DNA of 64,000 nucleotides from positions 11,875-75,874 of the forward strand of contig CAZXQA010000002.1 of NCBI GenBank assembly GCA_964642835.1. The letters run 5' to 3'. Below the pieces are notes generated by a model, which was not told the DNA's origin, did not search any database, and worked only from the letters and a program-made list of their open reading frames with translations. This document shows positions 46,039-55,807 of the stretch, one piece after another (the first letter of the stretch is position 1; the number at the start of each line of letters is the position of its first letter). The position numbers and the translations under genes were made by a program. The stretch comes from an uncultured Candidatus Saccharibacteria bacterium. GTDB taxonomy: Bacteria > Patescibacteriota > Minisyncoccia > Phycocordibacterales > Zambryskibacteraceae.

Positions 46039-46443
46039 ATGCTTAACCCATTCCCAGAACTCTTGAACTACGCTCTCCTTGCCCCCTTCCTCTTGCGTGC
46101 TCTCTTGGGCCTCATCTTCCTCGACCTCGGCATCTTGAAGCTCCGCGGCGAACGCTCTCGCTGGATCACCTCCTTTGAAACACTTCATCTCAACCCAGCC
46201 GATCTCCTCGTCGGTTTCTATGCCCTTCTCCAGATTGCTGGCGCCGCCCTCCTCTTCCTTGGTCTCTACACTCAAGTCGCGGCGCTCTTCTTCGCTCTCT
46301 CGACCGGCGCGGAACTCTTTGTGGAGACGCGCGCGCAAAGTGTCCTCAAGCGCGACTACACCTTCTACCTCATCCTCTTTGTTATCTCACTCTCTCTCCT
46401 TCTCACTGGTGCCGGCGCCTTCGCTTTTGATATTCCACTTTAG
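46039..46443 (+). CDS. DoxX-like membrane protein
   Basis: LLR..LG.IF, LG..TQ.AA, G.G.FA.D. Confidence 0.75.
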   Translation: MLNPFPELLNYALLAPFLLRALLGLIFLDLGILKLRGERSRWITSFETLHLNPADLLVGFYALLQIAGAALLFLGLYTQVAALFFALSTGAELFVETRAQSVLKRDYTFYLILFVISLSLLLTGAGAFAFDIPL

Positions 46444-46464
46444 TTTCGGTATAGTTTCGTGGAC

Positions 46465-46537
46465 GCGTCCATAGCTCAGTCGGTAGAGCAGGTCCCTTTT
46501 AAGGACAAGGTCGTTGGTTCGATTCCAACTGGACGCA
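46465..46537 (+). tRNA. tRNA-Lys(TTT)
   Basis: GCGTCCATAGCTCAGTCGGTAGAGC...CTTTTAA...GGTTCGATTCC...TGGACGCA. Confidence 0.94.
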
Positions 46538-46542
46538 CTCAC

Positions 46543-46866
46543 ATGACTCAACTGAATCTCAAAGAAAATCCGCAGATCTCGGACTTCCAGACCTACGTTG
46601 CTAAGATGGTTGTTGAGCGCGGCTTCGGCAAAGAAACGCCTCCGGAAATGCTTATGCTTCTCGTTGAAGAAGTTGGCGAGCTAGCAAAGGCAATCCGCAA
46701 AGCTCACGGCATAAAGTCTGACGAACAGTCGGAGAAGTTTAAAATCGAACAAGAAGCAGCTGATGTTTTCATTTACCTTCTCGATATCTGCAATCATTTC
46801 GGAATTGATTTAGAAAAAGCGTTTCGGGACAAGGAAGAAATCAATAAGAACAGGACTTGGAAATAG
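46543..46866 (+). CDS. MazG-like nucleotide pyrophosphohydrolase
   Basis: L.EEVGELAKAIRK, E.ADV.IYL; start at ATG 46543 after the tRNA. Confidence 0.9.
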   Translation: MTQLNLKENPQISDFQTYVAKMVVERGFGKETPPEMLMLLVEEVGELAKAIRKAHGIKSDEQSEKFKIEQEAADVFIYLLDICNHFGIDLEKAFRDKEEINKNRTWK

Positions 46867-46942
46867 GTTGGTTACTTTGATACTTCAATATCTAGGGGTG
46901 TTTTATTTTAAAAAGATAAGAGACTCGGAGTATACTTACCTT

Positions 46943-47320
46943 ATGATTCTTCAATATATTGCTGCTCTCGTGGTCCTCTTGGGTCTCGACGCTCTATGGC
47001 TCGGGGTGATTGCTAAAAGTTTTTACGCCAATGAACTTGGCCACCTCTTCCGAAGCTCCCCTCTCTGGCTCCCGATCGCTCTCTTCTATATTCTCTACGC
47101 TGTCGCCATTATCTACTTCGCCGTTCCAACAAGCGGCTCCCTTCTCAAAGGAGCTCTGCTCGGCGCCGCCTTGGGCTTCACGGCTTATATGACTTACGAC
47201 TTGGTTAACTACGCCACCATCAAGGACTGGCCGCTCACCGTTGTCCTCGTCGACATGCTTTGGGGCACCTTCATTACCATGTGCGCCGCGCTCGTCGCCA
47301 CCTGGATCACGAGGTTCTAA
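46943..47320 (+). CDS. DUF2177 family membrane protein
   Basis: LD..WLG, Y.TYDL.NYAT.K.WP, D..WG. Confidence 0.88.
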   Translation: MILQYIAALVVLLGLDALWLGVIAKSFYANELGHLFRSSPLWLPIALFYILYAVAIIYFAVPTSGSLLKGALLGAALGFTAYMTYDLVNYATIKDWPLTVVLVDMLWGTFITMCAALVATWITRF

Positions 47321-47809
47321 CTAGAGTCTCAGAAGCGCCTTTTCGACAAGAGTTTCGATCTCTCCCTCTCCTCTGCGCGCCGCGTGATATCCAGATACAA
47401 GATGCGTCGAAAGTCGCTCAAGTTCGCCTGGTTTAAATCCTTTAAGAAATCCTTTCGCCTTCTGATACGGATAGGGCTTCATGTCGGTCTCGGCCACACT
47501 CTTGGTCTTCTCGGCAACAAGCATCGTCTTCACCTGCCAGACCAGTTTATAAAAGACTTCTTCGGGGGCCATCCCAGCGGCGAGGGCCTTCTGGTAGAGT
47601 ACCCATGCGTCGCGCTTCTTGCGCGCGCCGATCGCGTCGGTAAGAGAGAAAATATTAAACGCGGCGCGCGCCTTGGGGCCAATGAGATCCTCTTCCTCGG
47701 CCTTCGGCGGCACGACCACTTCCCCAAACAAGTTCGTCGCGTACATCTCCGGGTGAATTTCCACCGGCTCTATCTCAAACTCATTTTCTGTCTTTACTTC
47801 TTCTTCCAT
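47321..47809 (-). CDS. Protein resembling the C-terminal domain of DNA polymerase III delta (HolA)
   Basis: FNIF.LTDAIG.R....AW..Y..A...G; helical collar-like region only; follows polA. Confidence 0.55.
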   Translation of the reverse strand: MEEEVKTENEFEIEPVEIHPEMYATNLFGEVVVPPKAEEEDLIGPKARAAFNIFSLTDAIGARKKRDAWVLYQKALAAGMAPEEVFYKLVWQVKTMLVAEKTKSVAETDMKPYPYQKAKGFLKGFKPGELERLSTHLVSGYHAARRGEGEIETLVEKALLRL

Positions 47810-50202
47810 GGTTTCATTTCCCCCCAATTCTCTCCCGTGTTCGCTTCGGAAACAATGGGCACTCCATTGGCCTTCTCCGCCGGGAGCGCGTTGTTCATAA
47901 TCTCTTGAAACTTCTCGACCGTCTCATCGACGAACTGATCACGAATTTCGAACACGAGCTCGTCGTGCACCTGGAGCACCATGCGGATGTCGTGCGTTAG
48001 TTTCTTCTTCTTGATGTAGCGATCGATCTCTACCATGGCGATCTTAATGAGATCGGCCTGCGTGCCCTGGATGGGCGCGTTAATAGCCATGCGCTCCGCG
48101 GACGCGCGGATGAAGGGCAGAGGTGATTTAAAGCCCGTGAAGTAGCGTCGGCGGCCGAACATCGTCTCCGTATACCCCTTGCGCTCCGCTTCCGCCTTCG
48201 TCTTGTTGATATAGCTCGCGAGCCCCGTGAAGGTCTCGAAGTATTCGTTGTAAAAGTCCTGCGCTTCCTTCCGGTCACTCTTCAGATTGGCCTTAAGAGC
48301 GTTCACGCCCATGCCGTAGAGGATGCCGAAGTTAATCGTCTTCGCCTTACTTCTCATCCCCTTGTCGACCTCGGCTTGTGAGACCTTAAAGACGCGCGCC
48401 GCCACGCCCGCGTGAATGTCCTCACCATTTTTGAAAATCTCAATCAACTTCTCATCCCCCGAGAGAATAGCGGCGAGACGCAACTCGATCTGAGAATAGT
48501 CGAGCGAAACGAGGGTGAAGCCCTTCTCCGGCACGAAGGCCTTCCTAATGGCCCGACCAAGCTCGGTCTTGTTGGGAATGTTCTGGAGGTTCGGATTGTT
48601 CGACGCCATGCGCCCCGTCACCGCTCCGTACTGGGTGAAGGTTGAGTGCAGGCGGGAGTGCTTGTCGAGCTGGGGCGGAATAGCGTCAATGTAGGTGCCG
48701 AGGAGCTTCGAGAGTTCGCGATATTCGAGAATGAGCGAAATGATCGGGTGCTTGTCCTTCAACTTCTCGAGCTCGCTCTCCTTCGTCGAAAGTCCCCCGC
48801 TCGCCGTCTTCTTCTGACGCTTCTCGCCAAGTCCAAGTTTCGTAAAGAGAATTTCCGAGAGCACCTTCGGCGAATTCACGTTGAACTCTTCTCCAGCGAG
48901 TTTCCAAATCTCCTTTTCAATTCTTGAGAGTTCGGCATGATACGTGGTCGAGAGATGGGTCAAAACCTTAAGATCAATCTTAACCCCACACTCGTTCATC
49001 TCGGCGACGACCGGCATGAGCAGCTTCTCAATCCCTAGAAAGATCTGTTCCACTCCACGCTTCTTCAGTTCTTGCTCGATCACAGGGCGAGCTTCCTCCA
49101 AGGTCTTCGCGCGGGCGAAGCCGAGCACATCCTCGACCGTTGGGTTCGTGATATTCGAATCGATCACCCAGAGAGCGAGCGCGAGCTCCTTCTCTTCGAT
49201 AGAGGCGGGGGCGGTAGAAACAATACCCAACCCTTCCTGTACCGGCTTCGCCGCGAGCGGTTCGGCCTTCTGGCCCAGCTTCTTCACGCGCTCCGAGAGC
49301 GTACGGAACCCGAGTTCGCGGAACAGAGTGAGGGCTTTCTCCGCCACAAATCGCTCGCGCCACGGCGCACCGATCGAGAAGCGAATAGGAGCATCCGTGC
49401 GGATGGTCGCAAGCGCTTTGGAAAAGAGGGCCTCCTCTTCGTTCTCGAGCAACAAGTTCTTCACTCGCTCGGTAATCCCCCACTCCGCCAAGGCTTCGCG
49501 GGACAAGCCTGGCTTCTTTAATGCTTTATATATCTGCTCAACTGTACCTAGGGCAGTGATAAGTGAGGTGGCTGTCTTCTCGCCGATCCCCTTCACGCCG
49601 ATGATATTGTCCGAAGGGTCACCACGAAGACCTTTGTAGTCGACGAGCATCTTAGGCGGGAACCCGAAACGCGAGAGCACGGCGGCCTCGTCGTAGAGGA
49701 TGGTGTCGTTCAACCCCTTCTTCAAGGTATACACCTGCACGCGCGTGCCGTCGATAAGCTGCATCGTGTCCATGTCCCCCGAGGCGATAATGACATCGAG
49801 GTTCTTTTCTTTCTTCGTGTCATGGACGATAGTGCCAATAATGTCGTCCGCTTCGAAACCATCCGATGAGTAAACCGGGATGCCGAGTGCTTCAAAGACG
49901 TCGAGAGAACGCTTGAGCTGGAGTTCAAGATTCTCATCAGACTCTTTGCGGCCCGCTTTGTACGCTTCGTACGCTTCGTGCCGATGTGTCGGCCCAGTGA
50001 GGTCGAAACCGGCCACGATATAGTCTGGCTTCAACTCATCGATGATCTTTAGGAGCATGGCGACCAAGCCGTAGAGCGCACCTGTCGGCTCACCCGTCGA
50101 AGCGGCGCTAAATTCCGGCAACGCATGATACGCGCGGTGAATGATGGCGTGCGAGTCGAGGAGGATGAGTCGCTTCTTACGCTGTGGAACCACCTTAGGC
50201 AT
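47794..50202 (-). CDS. polA: DNA polymerase I
   Basis: 5'-3' exonuclease motifs (EADD, GD.SDNI.GV.GIGEKTA), TGR...NPNLQNIP, DYSQIELR, QVHDEL; start at ATG 50202. Confidence 0.97.
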   Translation of the reverse strand: MPKVVPQRKKRLILLDSHAIIHRAYHALPEFSAASTGEPTGALYGLVAMLLKIIDELKPDYIVAGFDLTGPTHRHEAYEAYKAGRKESDENLELQLKRSLDVFEALGIPVYSSDGFEADDIIGTIVHDTKKEKNLDVIIASGDMDTMQLIDGTRVQVYTLKKGLNDTILYDEAAVLSRFGFPPKMLVDYKGLRGDPSDNIIGVKGIGEKTATSLITALGTVEQIYKALKKPGLSREALAEWGITERVKNLLLENEEEALFSKALATIRTDAPIRFSIGAPWRERFVAEKALTLFRELGFRTLSERVKKLGQKAEPLAAKPVQEGLGIVSTAPASIEEKELALALWVIDSNITNPTVEDVLGFARAKTLEEARPVIEQELKKRGVEQIFLGIEKLLMPVVAEMNECGVKIDLKVLTHLSTTYHAELSRIEKEIWKLAGEEFNVNSPKVLSEILFTKLGLGEKRQKKTASGGLSTKESELEKLKDKHPIISLILEYRELSKLLGTYIDAIPPQLDKHSRLHSTFTQYGAVTGRMASNNPNLQNIPNKTELGRAIRKAFVPEKGFTLVSLDYSQIELRLAAILSGDEKLIEIFKNGEDIHAGVAARVFKVSQAEVDKGMRSKAKTINFGILYGMGVNALKANLKSDRKEAQDFYNEYFETFTGLASYINKTKAEAERKGYTETMFGRRRYFTGFKSPLPFIRASAERMAINAPIQGTQADLIKIAMVEIDRYIKKKKLTHDIRMVLQVHDELVFEIRDQFVDETVEKFQEIMNNALPAEKANGVPIVSEANTGENWGEMKPWKKK

Positions 50203-50524
50203 GGTGAGTGAAGCTGAGACGCTTGGCGTCTTCTGGAATAAGGTTGGCGACTCGCTCTGGCCATTCAATGAGAATAATGTTTTCCGGATTGGCGACGAGC
50301 GCTTCCCACCCGAGGTTCAAGAGTTCTTCTTCTCGTTCGAGGCGGTAAGCATCGATATGAATAAGTTTTTTGAGCCCACGCCAATCAATGTCATACATAT
50401 TCATGATGACAAATGTCGGAGAAGTCATAGGCTCCCTCACGCCGAGCACCTGACCGAAATGTTGGGCAAAATAAGTCTTCCCCGCTCCGAGGTCTCCTTC
50501 AAGAGTAATGACAGTGGCTTTCAT
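50195..50524 (-). CDS. tsaE: t6A biosynthesis ATPase TsaE
   Basis: L.GDLGAGKT, SPTF, H.DAYRL, IEW. Confidence 0.93.
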   Translation of the reverse strand: MKATVITLEGDLGAGKTYFAQHFGQVLGVREPMTSPTFVIMNMYDIDWRGLKKLIHIDAYRLEREEELLNLGWEALVANPENIILIEWPERVANLIPEDAKRLSFTHHA

Positions 50525-50563
50525 GGAAGCATTTTAGCATTTTGGAGTACAATAAAGGAATCT

Positions 50564-52240
50564 ATGGTGACCTTTGATGAAAGACGGCAAGATGAGCAGG
50601 TAAAGGCCCTTCACGGCCGCGAGGAAGAGGAACTGGCGGCGACGCTCGCGAGCCACTACGGCGTCCCCTACCTCGATCTCTCCGCTCACCCCATCAATAT
50701 CGACTCGCTTCGCCTCATTAAGGAAGTGGACGCCCGCGCGGCGGAGGTGGCGGTCTTTAATGCCACGGACAAGAAGGTACAAATAGCCGTTCTTTCTCCC
50801 GGCAGCGACAAGGTAAAGAGCGCTGTCGCCGAGATCGCTTCCCACGGGTATGAACCGGAGGTCTTTATGGTTTCTCACAAGAGCCTCGAGAAGGTTTGGG
50901 ATCGCTACAAGGATCTCTCCTACTCCTTCGAGACAAAGTCGGGTGCGCTCGATATTTCAAACGACGACATCCTCGGCATGACGAGCTCGGTAAAGAGCTT
51001 GAGCGATGTAAAGAAACTGATTGAAGACGTCCTCACCTTGAAGAAGTCCTACCGCATCTCGCGCATTCTCGAGATCATTCTCGCGGGTTCGATCTCTCTT
51101 AAGGCCTCCGACATTCACCTCGAGCCGGAAGACGATAAAGTCCGCCTCCGCTACCGCTTGGACGGTGTTCTCACCGACATTCTCTTCTTCGACAAAGAGA
51201 CCTTCACCCTTCTTCTCTCTCGCATCAAGCTCGTAAGCGAACTTAAGCTCAACGTCTCCGCCTCAGCCCAGGACGGCCGCTTCTCCATTAAGCTTGGCGC
51301 GCAAGAGATCGAAGTGCGCACGTCTCTTCTCCCTGGTCCGAATGGCGAATCCGTCGTGCTCCGCGTCTTGAATCCGGATTCCATTACCGTCGACGTAGGC
51401 ATGCTCGGTATTCATCCGAAGCTCCTCGCGCGCATTGAAGCTCAGATCAAGAAGCCGAACGGCCTTATCCTCACAACCGGCCCGACCGGCTCCGGTAAGA
51501 CGACAACGCTCTACGCCTTTTTGAAAAAGATTTATAGTCCGGAGATCAAAGTTATTACGATCGAGAACCCAATCGAGTATCATCTCGCTGGCATCGTGCA
51601 GACTCAAACGGACACCGAGCGACACTACACCTTCGCCGAAGGTTTGCGCTCCGCTCTTCGCCAAGACCCAGACGTCATCATGGTCGGCGAGATTCGCGAC
51701 AACGAAACGGCCGAGGTAGCGGTAAATGCCGCTCTCACTGGTCACCTCGTCTTCTCGACCCTTCACACCAACAACGCGGCTGGTGCCTTCCCTCGCCTCC
51801 TTGATCTTGGTGTGAACTATAAAGTGGTGAGCTCGGCACTTAACATCTCCATCGCTCAACGTCTCGTGCGCACTCTCTGCGAAGCCTGCAAAAAAGAAAA
51901 GCCCCTTGCCGGAGCCGACAAGGAGAAGGTGGAGCGTGTATTGAGTGGAATTACGGACCCGAGCTATCTGGAAGCTCTCCAGCGCGATCACGTCTGGGAG
52001 GCGGTCGGCTGCCCTGTTTGCAATAACACGGGGTACAAGGGCCGCGTCGGGATCTATGAAGCGATTCTTATGGATGAAAAAATTGAGAAAGCGGTGCTCG
52101 AAAACCCTTCTGAGCGCGATATTCGCGAAGCGGCGAAGTCCCAAGGCCTTCTCACTCTCGCCCAGGATGGTGTCGTGAAGGCTCTCGAAGGCAAAACAAC
52201 GCTTGAGGAATTAGACCGAATGATTGATCTCACTGTCTAG
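50564..52240 (+). CDS. Type IV pilus/T2SS assembly ATPase (PilB/GspE family)
   Basis: ASDIHLEP, QDGRF, GPTGSGKTTTLY, LRQDPDVIMVGEIRD, TGHLVFSTLHTN, two CxxC; start at ATG 50564. Confidence 0.95.
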   Translation: MVTFDERRQDEQVKALHGREEEELAATLASHYGVPYLDLSAHPINIDSLRLIKEVDARAAEVAVFNATDKKVQIAVLSPGSDKVKSAVAEIASHGYEPEVFMVSHKSLEKVWDRYKDLSYSFETKSGALDISNDDILGMTSSVKSLSDVKKLIEDVLTLKKSYRISRILEIILAGSISLKASDIHLEPEDDKVRLRYRLDGVLTDILFFDKETFTLLLSRIKLVSELKLNVSASAQDGRFSIKLGAQEIEVRTSLLPGPNGESVVLRVLNPDSITVDVGMLGIHPKLLARIEAQIKKPNGLILTTGPTGSGKTTTLYAFLKKIYSPEIKVITIENPIEYHLAGIVQTQTDTERHYTFAEGLRSALRQDPDVIMVGEIRDNETAEVAVNAALTGHLVFSTLHTNNAAGAFPRLLDLGVNYKVVSSALNISIAQRLVRTLCEACKKEKPLAGADKEKVERVLSGITDPSYLEALQRDHVWEAVGCPVCNNTGYKGRVGIYEAILMDEKIEKAVLENPSERDIREAAKSQGLLTLAQDGVVKALEGKTTLEELDRMIDLTV

Positions 52241-52276
52241 ATTGCGACTCTCACCGATTAGTTCATAATGAACGAT

Positions 52277-52440
52277 AGATCAGGAGCATAAATCTCTAAG
52301 CAACACTTTCAGAATGAACTAGAAGCTAAGCGATTCTCACGAGGATAGTCCCAGCGACCACAAGGGTACCAGGAACGTCCTTAAAGAAAAGCCCAAACGC
52401 CCCGAAGGGCGCGTTGCTTAGAGATTTATGACCCGGATAA
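52277..52440 (+). ncRNA. ssrS: Probable 6S RNA
   Basis: Perfect 18 bp closing stem (52287-52304/52413-52430), central bubble with small 3' hairpin, irregular apical stem, upstream TTGCGA-N16-CATAAT. Confidence 0.55.
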
Positions 52441-52495
52441 GCCGGAGATGAGAGGAACAACGCTTCAATATCTAGTCTAGCACAGATTATATTTT

Positions 52496-53530
52496 ATGTC
52501 AAGCACTGAGACAGGTGGCAACAAGGAGGCTCCCAAGGAAGGAGCGGGCGGCCGCTACCTCGATCACGAGCTTCGACCAGCTACCTGGGAGTCCTACATC
52601 GGGCAAAAGGCGGTCAAAGACAACCTCCACATCCTGCTGAGCGCCGCTCGCGAACGCGGTACGCCACCGGAACACGTTCTCTTCTACGGTCCGCCAGGTT
52701 TGGGGAAGACCACGCTCGCCCACCTCATCGCCAAGGAGACGGGACGCAATCTAAAGATCACTTCCGGCCCCGCCATTGAGCGCGTGGGCGACCTCGCGAG
52801 CATTCTCACGAACCTCACCGCGGGTGACATTCTCTTTATCGACGAGATCCATCGTTTGAACAAGGCGATTGAAGAAGTCCTCTACCCTGCCATGGAGTCA
52901 GGGGTGCTCGACATCATTATTGGCAAGGGGCCATCAGCTCGCACGATCCAGCTTGAGCTCCCACCCTTCACTCTCCTCGCCGCCACCACTCGTGTGGCCA
53001 TGATCTCTTCCCCACTCCGTTCACGCTTCTCGGGGGGCGTCTTCCGTCTTGAGTTCTACACCGACGAAGAGATCGCGGAGATCATTCGTCGCTCAGCTAA
53101 GGTTCTTGGTATCTCCCTCGAGGGTGGCGCCGAGACGGAAATTGCTCGTCGGGCACGCTTCACGCCGCGCACGGCGAACTACTTCTTGAAGCGCGCTCGC
53201 GACTTCTCGCAAGTGGGCTCTCGCCCACTCGACCGCGAAGCGGTGGAAGAAGCTCTCGCGCTCCTCGGTGTCGATGAAAAGGGTCTCACCCCTTCGGACA
53301 GGAAGCTCTTGGAGACGATTGCCGAGAAGTTCCAAGGCGGACCGGTGGGTTTGGGCACGCTCGCGGCCGCGCTCTCGGAAGAGGAGGCAACGATCGAGGA
53401 ATTCAACGAACCCTATCTTCTCCAACTCGGCCTCCTCGAACGCACAACGCGCGGCCGCGTGCTGACTCCCTTGGGTTATGAGCACTTGGGGAAGAAGGTG
53501 CCGGCAAATTTGCAAAAGAAATTAGTATAA
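52496..53530 (+). CDS. ruvB: Holliday junction branch migration helicase RuvB
   Basis: LRP....[36 protein letters not shown]...RT.RGR. Confidence 0.97.
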   Translation: MSSTETGGNKEAPKEGAGGRYLDHELRPATWESYIGQKAVKDNLHILLSAARERGTPPEHVLFYGPPGLGKTTLAHLIAKETGRNLKITSGPAIERVGDLASILTNLTAGDILFIDEIHRLNKAIEEVLYPAMESGVLDIIIGKGPSARTIQLELPPFTLLAATTRVAMISSPLRSRFSGGVFRLEFYTDEEIAEIIRRSAKVLGISLEGGAETEIARRARFTPRTANYFLKRARDFSQVGSRPLDREAVEEALALLGVDEKGLTPSDRKLLETIAEKFQGGPVGLGTLAAALSEEEATIEEFNEPYLLQLGLLERTTRGRVLTPLGYEHLGKKVPANLQKKLV

Positions 53531-53534
53531 ACAC

Positions 53535-54065
53535 ATGGCAGGACACAACAAATGGTCAAAGATTAAGAGACAGAAAGCGGGCACCGATGCCGCGAAGGCG
53601 AAAACCTTTTCCAAACTCGCGCGCGCCATTACGACCGCGTCGAAACAAGTGAACGGCAACGAAACATCCCCCGTGCTTCGCGCCGCGATCGAGAAGGCGC
53701 GCGAGTTCAACATGCCAAACGACAACATCGAGCGCGCGGTGAAGAAGGGTACTGGCAGCGAAGCAGAACATTTGGACAACGTCACCTACGAAGCCTACGG
53801 TCCCGGCGGCTCCGCTCTTATTATCGAAGCTCTTACCTCGAACAGGAACAAGGCCGCGCAAGAAATTAAATTTATCCTCTCCGAGCATGGCACCTCGCTC
53901 GCCGCTCAGGGATCTGCCGCGTGGGCCTTCACCAAGGAAGGTGCCGAGTGGAAGCCAACCATGACGACTCCCCTCTCTCCCGAAGATGAGCAAGCTCTCG
54001 AAAAGCTCATCGATGCGTTGGAAGAAAACGACGAGGTGCAGGACGTCTACACCAACGCGGAATAA
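53535..54065 (+). CDS. YebC/PmpR family protein (short form)
   Basis: MAGHNKWSKIK, NMP.DNIERA, YE.YGP.G, LE..D.VQ.VYTN. Confidence 0.95.
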   Translation: MAGHNKWSKIKRQKAGTDAAKAKTFSKLARAITTASKQVNGNETSPVLRAAIEKAREFNMPNDNIERAVKKGTGSEAEHLDNVTYEAYGPGGSALIIEALTSNRNKAAQEIKFILSEHGTSLAAQGSAAWAFTKEGAEWKPTMTTPLSPEDEQALEKLIDALEENDEVQDVYTNAE

Positions 54066-54078
54066 TTTTGCTCTATAC

Positions 54079-54112
54079 AAAAACTGGTCGACTTGCAGAG
54101 CAAGCCGACCAG
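54079..54112 (-). terminator. Intrinsic terminator
   Basis: CTGGTCGGCTTG-CTCTG-CAAGTCGACCAG followed by TTTTT on the minus strand. Confidence 0.75.
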
Positions 54113-54139
54113 AAGGTTAGAAGATTCAGAATCTAAGCA

Positions 54140-54904
54140 TTAAACCCAGACCCTGCGGGAACGGAGGCCCGAGCCGCGATCCGAAGCCTCGCACCAGCCG
54201 ACGCCGAACCCGCCGCCACACCAGTCCGCGCCCGGCACGCAGCCATCGCGATAGCGAGAACCTGAGCACAGCGTCCAGTTCTCCTGGTCGAGATGCTCGC
54301 CCTTCTCGAAGAAGTAATCTGCTTCGAGAAGCAAACGCTCGAGGAGGGTGATGCCAGGATGGCCTTCCGACATGAGAACGTTCGCCGATTTGTTGGCGAA
54401 TTCTTCGTCGGCTTCGCGGACGTCCCGCACCCAGACCGCGTAGGAGCGGTTGTGGGAATCGCGATCGTGGTGCGGAATGTCCGCATCGAGATCGTCCGCA
54501 TACTCCCAACCCGGGAAGTGCTTCTTGAGCGCTTCCTGAACGCCTTCGAGCGGCTTGTTGTCCGTCCACTCGAAAAGTTCCTTCGCGACGACGATGAGAC
54601 GCATGGGGCCAAAACCCTCGGGCTTCGAGGGGATATCGATTACCGAGAAATCAGGATCATGGCCAAAGAGCTTGTGGTACACGATCTTCCAGCGGAGGAG
54701 ATCGGCCCAATACGGAATCTCCTCTTTCGGCAAATCCTCCGCGAACGCCTTCTCCAGCACTTTCTGAAGACGCTTCGGATCACGAATGTAATTCTGCTGA
54801 TCTGCTTCCGAAAGTCTCGGAAGTTGAGCCAAGACGGATCCGGCGAACGCGAGGGTCTGCTTGTGCAGAGTTGGGGTGAGCGGGGTCTTGCCAGCTTTAC
54901 GCAT
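54140..54904 (-). CDS. Hypothetical protein, candidate DGR target (C-type-lectin-like C-terminus)
   Basis: WTLCSGSR....VP...W......V.W.......GLRSR tail; adenine-depleted terminal 102 nt. Confidence 0.6.
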   Translation of the reverse strand: MRKAGKTPLTPTLHKQTLAFAGSVLAQLPRLSEADQQNYIRDPKRLQKVLEKAFAEDLPKEEIPYWADLLRWKIVYHKLFGHDPDFSVIDIPSKPEGFGPMRLIVVAKELFEWTDNKPLEGVQEALKKHFPGWEYADDLDADIPHHDRDSHNRSYAVWVRDVREADEEFANKSANVLMSEGHPGITLLERLLLEADYFFEKGEHLDQENWTLCSGSRYRDGCVPGADWCGGGFGVGWCEASDRGSGLRSRRVWV

Positions 54905-55023
54905 GGGTTTTCTCCCTTATGAACAGAAGCTGAAGTGCTTCATGGTCTTTCTGGATTAAGAACTTATTTGTCTTGTTTGTCAAGCACTACCCCTTCCGTC
55001 TATACCTCTATACACTTTCTGAT

Positions 55024-55509
55024 ATGACCATCATTATAAGTATCGACCCGGGCTTCGACAGGATGGGTCTTGCTGTGCTTATGCAAGAAAGCGGCAAGGT
55101 TTCTCTCCTCCACTCCGAATGTGTTGTGACCCAAGCAAAGGAGGCGCATGAGAAGCGCCTCCTCGCTATCGGCAAGCGGCTCGATGAAGTGGTGAAGGAG
55201 TGGGCCCCGAGCGAACTCGCCATCGAGAAACTCTTCTTCAACGCAAACACAACCTCCGCCATGGGTGTCGCCGAAGCTCGAGGTGTGGTACTGTTCCAAG
55301 CCGCAAGAGCCGGATTGGGGGTGTATGAATACACTCCTCAAGACGTCAAGATTGCCGTCACGGGCTACGGTAAAGCAGACAAGCCACAAGTAGAAAGCAT
55401 GGTGAGGAAGCTTGTGAAAATTGCCGAAACGGAGCGGAAACGTCTCGACGACGAGATCGACGCGGTAGCAGTGGGGATTACCCACCTTGCCAGTCGAAAA
55501 GCGATTTGA
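55024..55509 (+). CDS. ruvC: Crossover junction endodeoxyribonuclease RuvC
   Basis: IDPG, AIEKLFF..N, EARGV, EYTP..VK.AVTGYG.ADK, DD..DA.A; start at ATG 55024. Confidence 0.96.
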   Translation: MTIIISIDPGFDRMGLAVLMQESGKVSLLHSECVVTQAKEAHEKRLLAIGKRLDEVVKEWAPSELAIEKLFFNANTTSAMGVAEARGVVLFQAARAGLGVYEYTPQDVKIAVTGYGKADKPQVESMVRKLVKIAETERKRLDDEIDAVAVGITHLASRKAI

Positions 55510-55578
55510 TAGAAATAAGGGCATTCGAAAATTGTTTGAGATGATTTTCGATTAAAAAATTAACTTAGATTTTCAAAA

Positions 55579-55776
55579 ATGGAATATCCAGAGGAACCGC
55601 GAGAGGATGAGGATCTGGTCGAACCAGATGTCGACGAGCTGAAGAAGAAGGCAGCCGGCCTCGACCCGCTCGAAGATGATTTGGCAGACGAAGACACTGT
55701 CCCCCTGAGTGAGCTTGAAGACGAGGAGCTCGACGAGGATGAGGAGGATTCCTACGAAGATACGGATGACAATTAA
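55579..55776 (+). CDS. Small highly acidic protein
   Basis: 65 aa with 33 Asp/Glu; followed directly by a terminator. Confidence 0.7.
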   Translation: MEYPEEPREDEDLVEPDVDELKKKAAGLDPLEDDLADEDTVPLSELEDEELDEDEEDSYEDTDDN

Positions 55777-55807
55777 CAAAAACCCCGCCAGTGGCGGGGT
55801 TTTTGTT
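55775..55807. terminator. Bidirectional terminator
   Basis: AACAAAAACCCCGCCAGTGGCGGGGTTTTTGTT between convergent genes. Confidence 0.88.

Noticed and set aside
52340-52356. RNase P RNA, suggested by GAGGATAGTCC
   Set aside because: The region is too short and I see no matching 3' P4 strand; the rod-like fold fits 6S RNA better.
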